Notes: generated by a model not told the origin, from the sequence alone. A stretch of 21,059 bases of DNA from Fonticula alba ATCC 38817 (GCA_000388065.2 KB932206.1), one strand, 5' to 3'; numbered from the stretch's first letter, positions 11,519 through 20,906 are shown. Program-made: numbers and translations.

Positions 11519-11567
11519 CCCCCCCCCCCAGTGGTGGCGCCCTTGCGAGTGAGTTCGGTCCGACATC

Positions 11568-14500
11568 ATGGGTCGCTGTAACAAACTCAACCCCCACGAC
11601 TGCATCTCCGACACGCCCTACTTTCGGGCCCAGTTGCAGCTGGTGGAGTCGAATGTGTCCGATCTTGAGTCCTCCATCAAAGGCATCTGCCGATCGGCTC
11701 GGTCCTTGATGGAAACCGGCACCGGTGCGCTTCGGTGTCGGGATTTGTGCCCTTGTTTGCCCCTTCCCGGCCTCATACCACGATGTGCCTCCAGACCAGC
11801 CATCCAACACCCCCCCTCCGCTCACACCCCCCTTTCTCGCCCCTTCTCGCCCGTTCTGCGCCCATCTCGCTCCTCGTCCGTGCATGTGTCGGCACCGGGC
11901 CACCGGATCTCAACGCGCCTTCCTACACACGTCCACACGCGCGTCTGCACGCACACCCAGTGTACATGAACCGCAACAATGGATTTGCCGATGAGCTCCT
12001 GCGCTTTTCCGAGTATGAGCGTAGTGGCACCGACTCCATCGGTACGTTCCGGTCGGCCTGGGCCTTTGCATGTGCCTGCCATCCCCCTCCTCCAAGCCCT
12101 AACTTCTTGCCCCCCCGCCCTTCCCCCCCCCTCTGCTCTCTGCTCTCTGCTCTCTGCTCTCTGCCCGCCTTCGTCCTCCCCCAATATGCATATATCTTGC
12201 GCCCTTCGCTCGCTCCTCTTTTCTCGCCCATCGCAGAGGCCGCTCTGGTTAAATTTAGCCAGAACCTCCGCGAGCTCGAGCAGTTTCGCTCCCTCCTCGT
12301 ACGCGCAACACCCCCCTGTCCGCTCGACTTCTCGCGTGTCACTCATTATTCCCCCTTCTTCGCCCCTCCCTCCCCCCCTCCCAACACACCTTGACAAAGA
12401 TCAACGAGACCGACCTCGTCCTCGTGCAGCCAGTCGAGAGCTTCCTGCAAAATGAACTTGGCTCTGTCCATGTACGTCAGCCTCTCCCTCGCCGCTCACC
12501 TGCATGAACTGGCCCATTAACTGGAAGATGGACATCTTCCCTCTCCCTCCTTGTTCCCCCCCTCCCCCCCCCCTGCCCCCCTGCCCCCNNNNNNNNNNNN
12601 NNNNNNNNNNNNNNNNNNNNNNNNNNNNNNNNNNNNNNNNNNNNNNNNNNNNNNNNNNNNNNNNNNNNNNNNNNNNNNNNNNNNNNNNNNNNNNNNNNNN
12701 NNNNNNNNNNNNNNNNNNNNNNNNNNNNNNNNNNNNNNNNNNNNNNNNNNNNNNNNNNNNNNNNNNNNNNNNNNNNNNNNNNNNNNNNNNNNNNNNNNNN
12801 NNNNNNNNNNNNNNNNNNNNNNNNNNNNNNNNNNNNNNNNNNNNNNNNNNNNNNNNNNNNNNNNNNNNNNNNNNNNNNNNNNNNNNNNNNNNNNNNNNNN
12901 NNNNNNNNNNNNNNNNNNNNNNNNNNNNNNNNNNNNNNNNNNNNNNNNNNNNNNNNNNNNNNNNNNNNNNNNNNNNNNNNNNNNNNNNNNNNNNNNNNNN
13001 NNNNNNNNNNNNNNNNNNNNNNNNNNNNNNNNNNNNNNNNNNNNNNNNNNNNNNNNNNNNNNNNNNNNNNNNNNNNNNNNNNNNNNNNNNNNNNNNNNNN
13101 NNNNNNNNNNNNNNNNNNNNNNNNNNNNNNNNNNNNNNNNNNNNNNNNNNNNNNNNNNNNNNNNNNNNNNNNNNNNNNNNNNNNNNNNNNNNNNNNNNNN
13201 NNNNNNNNNNNNNNNNNNNNNNNNNNNNNNNNNNNNNNNNNNNNNNNNNNNNNNNNNNNNNNNNNNNNNNNNNNNNNNNNNNNNNNNNNNNNNNNNNNNN
13301 NNNNNNNNNNNNNNNNNNNNNNNNNNNNNNNNNNNNNNNNNNNNNNNNNNNNNNNNNNNNNNNNNNNNNNNNNNNNNNNNNNNNNNNNNNNNNNNNNNNN
13401 NNNNNNNNNNNNNNNNNNNNNNNNNNNNCCCCCCCCCCCGATGTCCCCATGTTGGCCACCTTTTGGTCCTCCCCCCCTTGTGCAGCTCAGCTCCAGGGCA
13501 TCCGGAAGACCTTCACACAGACCCAGTCACAGACGGATCTCCTCAAGCGGGCTCTTGTGGACCAAGCCCACAGCGAGTCCTGGTATGATCCCTCTACCAT
13601 CATCCCGAGCCCGCTGCCCCCGATCACGGTGGATGTCTCCTCGGTGACCAAGCGCCCGAGTCCCGGCAACGAGGTGGCCCCCACGGCGGCGGCGACCGCG
13701 GCGACCGCGGCGACGGCGGCCACTCCCGGCTCCCCTCCGCCCCTCCCGGCGAAGCCCACTAGCCCGCATCCGGCGCACTTCACCCCGGCCGATGGTGGGT
13801 CCAGCAGCAGTGGCAGCGGCTCGTCTCTGGCCTCAAGCACATCCTCCTTCAGTGGATCCAGCTCGTCCTCCTCGCATTCGCTGTCATCCACCGGGTCGAA
13901 TGGGTCCCTGTCGGATGCGCCCCTCGCCGGGGGCCCGGGGCCGGGCACCGACACCGGGTACTTTGCCCCCCCTCCGGGGGGGAAGCCCTTCGCCGGCGGT
14001 GCCCCCCCACCGGCGGTTTCCCCCCGGAGCAACCGCGTGTCGGTGGCCATTGCCAAGTTCAGCGGTTCGGACCCGGGCGCGGCAACGGCCCTGGGCGCTC
14101 CCCGGGGCGCTGTCCCGCCGCCGGTGGCCCCGAAGCCGATTGTTCGGACCCCGGCCGGGGGGCCCGCCAAGCCGCCGCCGCCGCCGGTGGCCCCGAAGCC
14201 CACGGCCGAGGCCGGGCCCGACGCCGCCGGGTCCCCGGGCAAGCCGCCGGCCGGGTTTGCGGCCGCCATCGCGGCGGTGGCCACGGCGCCGGCCGACTCG
14301 CCGCACCCGGCCGCGGTCACCGGTGCCGCGGCCGAAGACTCGGCCCCCAGCACGCATATCATTTCCTCGGCCGGGTCTCTCTGGAGCGAGCTCGGCTTCT
14401 CCAAGGAGGGCTACCTGAACAAGGTGCGTGCAGCATGGGCGCCGGGCCCCGGTGCTTTTTTCCTTCTCCCTCTGCGCATTTGGCCCCTTTCACCTGGCCC

Positions 14501-16577
14501 CATGGGTCCTCCCTTCCGGCGCTTACCTCTTCTTTCTTTCCCCGCCCCCCCCCCCCTCCTCTCCCCATCTGCCGCCTGTTTCACCCCACGCACAGCGTGC
14601 CCAACAGGGCGTCGCCAGCATGATGCAGTCGTGGGACCGACGCTTCTTCGCGATCAAGAATGATTTGCTCATTTACATGAACCGCAACCGGCCGGACGAG
14701 TTCCCCACGGTGGCCATCAACCTGACCATCTGCACGGTGAAGCCGGTCGACCAGCCGGATCGGCGCTTCCTCTTCCAAGTGATCTCTCCCTACAAGTGCG
14801 TGTCTTGTCCTCGGCCCCCTCCCTCCCTTCGGCAGATGGGCACCCAGCTGACCTTCCACCCCGCTCGCCCGATCGCCGGCCTGGTCGCCCGCCCGGCCGC
14901 CCGGCCGCCCGGCCGCCCGGCCGCCCGCCAACAGGTCTTACATCCTCCAGGCCGACAGCGAGGCCGACATGAACTCCTGGATCCTGGCCATCCAGGAGGC
15001 CATCGGGAATGCGCTGCAAAACTCCTCGGTCAACCCGGCAGACCTCATCCCGCGCGAGGGCCGGCGGAAGCAGGACCGCGCGGTGCAGGACCCATCCCTC
15101 CCATCGCCGATGGCCGTGGCCATCCGCGCGGCCGAGCAGGCCAACAGCGCCTCGGTGCTTGCATCGGCGCCCGGCAGCCAAACCAGCGAGGCGAGCGAGG
15201 TGCGCCCCGCGGCCGGGGCCTCGACCCCCGGGCGTCGGTTGATTGGTGGATCCTCCGGCGGCGGGTCGCTGCTGGCTTCGCTGGCATCCGGCACGGTTGC
15301 CCCCTTCTTCGGTGGGGGTGGTAGCAGCAGCAGTGCCAGCCCGGCCCCGCCGCCGGTCGCCGTGGCGACCACGTCGACCGGTGTCGGTGCCCCGGGGTCC
15401 GGCGATGCCGGTCCCTCTCGGCCGGCCCTGCCGACCAGCGTGCCGTCTCTCTCCTCCGGGGCCCTGCTGTCCTACCTGCAGGAGGTGGCCCCGGGGAATG
15501 CGGACTGCGTGGACTGCGGCCGGAATGCCCCGAATTGGTGCAGCATCAACCTCGGCGTGCTGGTGTGCATCGATTGCTCCGGGGTCCATCGGTCGCTGGG
15601 CACGCACCTGTCCAAGGTCCGGTCGCTGACGCTGGACTCGTGGGAGCCGGAGCTGGTGCTGGTTTTCTCGCAGCTGGGCAACCGGTTTGTCAATGGTCTG
15701 CTGATGAACGGCGCGCCGAAGGGCATGGAGCACGGCATCAACGCCAACTCCACCATCGCCGAGCGCGGCGAGTGGATCCAGCGCAAGTACAAGGATCGGG
15801 AGTTCTTCAACCCGCCGCTGGCGCGTGCCCAGGCTGACCAGGTGCGTGTCCGTATTCATGCCCATGCGCGTGTTTGTGCGCGTGTTTGTGCGCGTGTTTG
15901 TGCGCGTGTTTGTGCGCGTGCGCGTGCGCGTACGCGTGCGTGTGCGTGTGCCTGTGCCTGTGCTCGTGCCTGTGCTCGTGCTCGTGCTCGTGCTCGTGCC
16001 AGTGCCCGGGTCCGTGCGCGTGCGCGTGCGCGTGCTCGTGCTCGTGCCAGTGCCCGGGTCCCTGTCATACATCGGCCTATCTTTTTAGGGACCTCTTCTT
16101 TTTGCTCTTCTTCTGCGCCCCTCCCCTCCGGAGGGGGGCCTCTCCCTGCCCTGATCTTGCTCACCGGCTGTTCCCATCCATCCTCTTGCTCTCTGGCACT
16201 TGAAAAAAAAAAAGATCCTCCGCGACGTCCTCACTCGGAATGGCGATCTCCAGTCAATGTTCACGGCTTTGGTGTGTGGTGCCTCGCCAACCTTGGGTGA
16301 TCCGAGCGCCGGCGGGTTGACGCCGCTGCATTTGGCCGTGCGCACGGGCAACGCCGCGGCCCTGGAGCTTCTACTCCAGTGGACCCCGGGGGCTGTGACC
16401 GGCTCCGGGCGTGTGATCGGCGGCGAGGCCGCGCCCACGACCCCCTCGGTGGTCGATGTCTTCGATGATCAGGGCCGGACCCCGCTGTATCATGCCGTGG
16501 AGCTCGACTACAACCGATTTGTCTTCATCCTCGCCCGGCGCAATGCCAACTTCAAACTCCAGGCTAGCAATGGCAAG
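11568..16577 (+). CDS. ACAP: ACAP/centaurin-beta-type ArfGAP (BAR-PH-ArfGAP-ANK), main part; internal exon(s) missing in a gap; continues at 20632
   Basis: Exons 11568-11724, 11961-12041, 12237-12298, 12400-12471, [gap], about 13491-14423, 14596-14795, 14935-15841, 16215-16577. N-terminus HDCISDTPYFRAQLQLVESNVSDLE is an ACAP-type BAR start. PH domain: KEGYLNKRA..SWDRRFF..CTVKP..DRRFLFQVISPYKSYILQADSEADMNSWI. ArfGAP finger CVDC-x16-CIDC-x4-R (15506-15592) retains the catalytic Arg and is followed by SKVRSLTLDSW. Ankyrin motifs GLTPLHLAV and GRTPLYHAV follow. Confidence 0.92.
12131..12164 (+). repeat. Intronic 7-nt tandem repeat (CTCTGCT)n
   Basis: About 5 copies read directly. Confidence 0.8.
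12589..13428. other. Assembly gap (N run) likely hiding BAR-domain exon(s)
   Basis: 840 N. The visible BAR sequence jumps from FLQNELGSVH to LQGIRKTF, omitting roughly the C-terminal half of an ACAP BAR domain as recalled. Confidence 0.9.
14888..14928 (+). repeat. Intronic 8-nt tandem repeat (GCCCGGCC)n
   Basis: About 4-5 copies immediately before the acceptor at 14934. Confidence 0.8.
15866..16061 (+). repeat. Compound intronic repeat: (GCGCGTGTTTGT)x4, hexamer runs and a duplicated ~30-nt block
   Basis: Read directly in intron 15842-16214. The block cgtgctcgtgctcgtgccagtgcccgggtcc occurs twice. Confidence 0.85.
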
Positions 16578-16608
16578 GTATGTCCTCGATTGGGGCCCGG
16601 TCCTCTGC

Positions 16609-16643
<35 letters not shown>

Positions 16644-16702
16644 TATTGGTTGTCCTGTGTGGTCTCTCCCCGGATCCAGTGTGGTCTCTCCCTCCCTCCC
16701 TC

Positions 16703-17097
16703 NNNNNNNNNNNNNNNNNNNNNNNNNNNNNNNNNNNNNNNNNNNNNNNNNNNNNNNNNNNNNNNNNNNNNNNNNNNNNNNNNNNNNNNNNNNNNNNNNN
16801 NNNNNNNNNNNNNNNNNNNNNNNNNNNNNNNNNNNNNNNNNNNNNNNNNNNNNNNNNNNNNNNNNNNNNNNNNNNNNNNNNNNNNNNNNNNNNNNNNNNN
16901 NNNNNNNNNNNNNNNNNNNNNNNNNNNNNNNNNNNNNNNNNNNNNNNNNNNNNNNNNNNNNNNNNNNNNNNNNNNNNNNNNNNNNNNNNNNNNNNNNNNN
17001 NNNNNNNNNNNNNNNNNNNNNNNNNNNNNNNNNNNNNNNNNNNNNNNNNNNNNNNNNNNNNNNNNNNNNNNNNNNNNNNNNNNNNNNNNNNNNNNNN
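16703..17097. other. Assembly gap (N run)
   Basis: 395 N. The last 34 nt before it equal the first 34 nt after gap 20404-20474. Confidence 0.99.
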
Positions 17098-17319
17098 CTG
17101 AGGCAATGGTCTTCCCGCCAGTTTTGACACCATGTACCCCTCACAAACCAATACACACACATACATGCCTTTGCCCCTCTTCTTGTTTCAGGGCAACACA
17201 CACACACACGGTCGCCTCGGCACGGGTGATACGTGCATGTGCATGCGCACACGCACACATATGGCGCACTGCGAGAGCATCAAGAGTGCTGGATGGGCAC
17301 GAAAGCTCCAAGAGTGTAT

Positions 17320-19703
17320 TCAAATGTTGTACCGCTCGGCGCCCTTGCGCACGGGGTTCAATGAGCCGAAGAAGAGATCCTGCATGGCAGAGGGGAAGGG
17401 GGCGGGGGATGGCAGGGGGAAAGAGAGCGAAAGGAAGGGGAAGGAAAGGCCGGCATACGGGAGGCAAGTTAGACCGGCATACATGATGCGCCATGCAGGA
17501 CACCCGGGCACCATGCCCACGCACCGACACACGAACGTCATCCAGCTCGGCGGCCGAATGAAAGGCCAGACCAGGGTCCGGGGCTGGCACGCCACGCGCA
17601 CCGGAGTCCAGGTCCCCCGCCACACGAGAGCGCTTTGTGGCGCTGGCCGGAGTGCCCGGGGCGTGCCCGCGCCCCGGGGCCCCGACATCCGGCCGGGGAG
17701 ACGGATGGCCGAGGGCGGAGGAGCCGTGGTCCGCGGGGGCGGCGGAGCCACTTGCCGGGCGTGCGGCGGCGCTGGGCGGGGTCCGCGGCTCGGTGGCATC
17801 CCGAGAGGCAGCCACGGCCATGGCGGCCCCGGGGGAGGCCACCGACCGCAGGCCGTCCAAAATCCGCCGGATTTTGCCGCCCCCATTGGCAGCCCCGCCC
17901 TTGCGCGATGGACACTCCACCACCGACGGGGTCCATGCACTGGTGGAGGTGGAGTGGCTGCTGGCCGCGAGCGAGGCCAAGTTCGTCACGCGCCCGGGCG
18001 TGCCGCTGCCACCGCCCCCACCGGCTGAGCCGATGGACATGCCGGAGGCCACCGAGCTGACCGAGGCCAGGGAGATGCAAGACAGCCGCGAGCCAGCCGA
18101 GGCGTCGGTCTCCACCGAGAAGATGGAGCTCCCGCCGGAGGCCAACGACGGAGCCGGCGAGGGGAGGCTGGCGTGCTCGGCCGAGGCGTCCGGCCCGCCG
18201 AACAGCCCGGCCAGCCCGGCCAGCGAGGTGACCTGCCGCGAGGGGACCAAACTCCCGGACATGTCAAGTGCCAGGGGCTCGGCCCCGGGGAGGGGACCCC
18301 GGCGCTGCCGGGCCCCGGCACTCGGGGGACCGGGCCCGAGCCCGGGCTCCGGGCCCGGCATGCCAGGGTCACCGGGCAGCGCCAGCGGCCCCGGGCCCGC
18401 CGGCAAGCTGATGCCCGATGGCTCGTCGGAGGAATGCTGCGCGGCCACGCGGCTGTCGACCACTACCTTGACCGTTCCTTCGAGGCGCAGGTCCGCCTGG
18501 ACGGACGACGCGCCGGGCGGCACCGGGCCCGAGCCCGAGCCCGAGCCCGAGCCCGGGGCCAGGTGTTCCACATTCTTGCCGGCGATCTTCTGAATGGTGG
18601 CACTCAGCGGCCGGGCGTGCACCCGTGCCAGGAGTTGCCGATGAACCGGCCAGTTTTGCAAAACCCCACAGCTGTCATACCCGAGGCGCTGGTAGGCGAG
18701 GTGACTGCATGGCAAGGTGTTACTTTTCCCCGGCCGGTGGAAGGACCATGGCGATAGATGGGGGGGAGGGAGGGGGGGCAGGATGGCGGAAAAAAGGGGC
18801 AGCCGGCGCGGAGGGCGGGGCACATCTCAGGGCACATGTTCACGCACCGATCCAGCGAATCAAGTTCCGACAGGAAGCGACTCACCTCGACCTCCTCCTC
18901 GTCGAGTTGGCGCATCTGCCGGTTCGGGAGATGCACATGTCAGGTACAGGCATCCACACACCATCGCGGGCGCGAGAGACGACAAAGAGGGCGGAGAAAA
19001 AAGGCCCGCCCCTCGTGCAGGCGGCCGCCGCCTTGAGCACCATGCATGTGCATGGTGTGCATGGTGTGCGTGTGTGCATGTGGGCGCACCTTCTGGGTGC
19101 GATGCTCGTCCAGCTGACGCATGGTGGCCTGGTAGATGCTCTCCAGGGAGCTGCGGACAAAGTCGATGTTGCTGACGACGCTTTGCCGGCGGTTGGCGAT
19201 GCGCGCTCGTGCGAGGGCCAAAATGTCCCGGCGCTCGGCGAAGTCCAACTCAAGCTACGGACCCCGGCCGGTGGCGGTGATGGGCCCATGGTTAGCGGTG
19301 GTGGGTGCAGGGGCCCTGGCATGCTGGCCCGGCGAGGGGGATGATGGACTTCCTCGCCGGGGCGGCATCGCGCGTGTGAGCAGGCAACCGGCGCACCTTC
19401 TTCGCCTGGCGGATGACGTCCGCATAGAGAGACTGCAACTTGACCAGTTGGTGGCCGGCAGACGAGTGCGACTCGGCATGTGTGTCCGGCCGAGAATCCC
19501 CGGTGTCCATGGCGAATCGAGCATCCGGCGCGCCGAGCCGACAGAACCGACACACTGCAGGGATGTGAGCAAGGGGGCCGATGCCGGGCGGGGGGCAGAA
19601 GTGAAGAAAAAAAAAAAAAAGAAAGCCCCACCCCCCTCTCCTGGCCACTGGGCAAGCAGCACCAGCAAACAGAAGCCCCCCCCCCCCCCTACAAGGTGAC
19701 TCC

Positions 19704-19734
<31 letters not shown>

Positions 19735-20237
19735 ATCGGCAGGCAAAGGGCCCCGGGCGGCCTCCTGGAGCCTGGGCACCGGGCCGCCCACACATGTGGA
19801 CATACCTGGCTCCTGGCATGGGATGCAATAGTGCTCCACGCGCTCTTGCGGGTGCTTGACGCAGTGGGCAAAGTGCGGGTCCCCGGGCTGGACATGGAGA
19901 CGGAGGCTGTCCTGGGGGAAGCGAGCCGACTCGCCGGTGGCCGGGCCGGAGCCGCCACCGGCACCGACAACGCGCTCGGACCCGGCTCCGGGCCGGATGC
20001 GCCCGAGGAAGTTGAGGATGCGCCCATTCGGCCCGGCCGACTGCTGGGCACACACGTGGCACACCCCGGCCAAAGCCTCCGGCTCGGCCCCCAGATTGGC
20101 CTCGATGATGTCGAAGCAGTGCGAGCACACCGGCATGCCGGCAGTCTCATTCTGCGGCGCCAGGAAGAGCTCTACAATGAGCAGCGGCCGCACCCGCGAG
20201 GAGTCCTTCACCAGGAAGTCATACGATCCCTCAGACA
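17320..20237 (-). CDS. B-box2 + coiled-coil (TRIM/RBCC-like) protein, 5'-partial, at least 687 aa
   Basis: Minus-strand exons 20237-19806, 19554-19397, 19254-19090, 18915-18848, 18704-17525, 17379-17320 are all GT-AG and in phase, starting at a phase-1 acceptor whose upstream exon is absent. Spliced B-box CVKH-x8-CIPC-QEPV-CRFC...H-x4-H is followed by an amphipathic helical region (LQSLYADVIRQAKKLELDF...LSELDSLDRHL). An upstream CSHC-x17-CHVC motif and a long S/G/P/A-rich tail ending DLFFGSLNPVRKGAERYNI are also present. The last intron is less certain. Confidence 0.8.
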
Positions 20238-20340
20238 CTGGGGTGCGGCATGTTTGGCGTGGTCAGAGCCGGGGGCAGGAGGTGAGCGGAGACAAGCAGG
20301 AGCACATGCACACACATGCATATATATATATATGTGTGCA

Positions 20341-20403
20341 CATGCGCACATGTACATACATGCGCACACATGCGCACACATGCGCACACATGCGCACACA
20401 TGC
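20341..20403 (+). repeat. 10-nt tandem repeat (TGCGCACACA)n in the first visible intron of the B-box gene
   Basis: Four perfect copies at 20361-20400 plus partial copies, running into a gap. Confidence 0.9.
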
Positions 20404-20474
20404 NNNNNNNNNNNNNNNNNNNNNNNNNNNNNNNNNNNNNNNNNNNNNNNNNNNNNNNNNNNNNNNNNNNNNNN
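20404..20474. other. Assembly gap (N run)
   Basis: 71 N. Confidence 0.99.
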
Positions 20475-20490
20475 CCCGGATCCAGTGTGG

Positions 20491-20560
20491 TCTCTCCCTC
20501 CCTCCCTCCCTCCCTCCCTCTCCCTCCCTCCCTCCCTCCCTCCCTCTCCCTCCCTCCCTC
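20491..20560 (+). repeat. (CCCT)n microsatellite
   Basis: Tandem ccct units read directly. Confidence 0.9.
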
Positions 20561-20631
20561 TTCTCGGTCATATCACTTTCTTTCCCACTTCCCTCCTCTG
20601 ACGCCTCTGGTCGACCCCTCCGCCACCCCAG

Positions 20632-20752
20632 ACGCCGGTCGACATTGCCCAGACTCTGCCTCAGAATGAAATCTCCACATTCTTCCGCATCCTAGAGAGT
20701 GTGAGGAACAACCCGTCGACATCGATGACCATCACCTCAGATATGTATACAG
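20632..20752 (+). CDS. ACAP: Distal exon of the ACAP-type ArfGAP (completes the last ankyrin repeat)
   Basis: Branch-like CTGAC near 20598, acceptor ccccag at 20631 (phase 0) and donor G|gtacgc at 20753. It encodes TPVDIAQTLPQNEISTFFRILESVRNNPSTSMTITSDMYT. Joined to the phase-0 donor at 16577 it gives the ankyrin-type QASNGK|TPVDIA. Confidence 0.85.
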
Positions 20753-20866
20753 GTACGCGCCGGGCCCGAGTTGCATGTCTTCGCCGCCGCAGCCGCCGCC
20801 GCCGCCGCCGCACTCTCGCCAGGTCACTCACGTCCCGTTGCCCCTTGCACCTCCCCCCCCCCCCCC

Positions 20867-20906
<40 letters not shown>

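Noticed and set aside
7683-11709. Many long ORFs on both strands in the intergenic spacer
   Set aside because: They are Arg/Gly/Pro/Ala-rich shadow ORFs expected at high GC, with no domain motifs or splice framework.
14717-16072. 451-aa antisense ORF with TRTRTR/TGTSTS repeats
   Set aside because: It is the antisense shadow of the ArfGAP exon plus translation of the intronic repeat.
17098-17127. LRQWSSRQF-stop as the ACAP C-terminus after the gap
   Set aside because: The exon at 20632 completes the ankyrin motif in phase; this stretch is better explained as 3' flank of the minus-strand gene.
17141-17524. Read-through of the minus-strand ORF to 17141 as supplied in the ORF track
   Set aside because: The stretch contains a consensus gtgcgt donor, a CTAAC branch, a pyrimidine tract and a CAG acceptor, and the read-through tail translates microsatellite DNA.
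16669-20508. Mobile element with a 34-nt target-site duplication
   Set aside because: There is no transposase, RT or terminal repeat, and both copies sit exactly at contig ends, which is typical of an assembly overlap.
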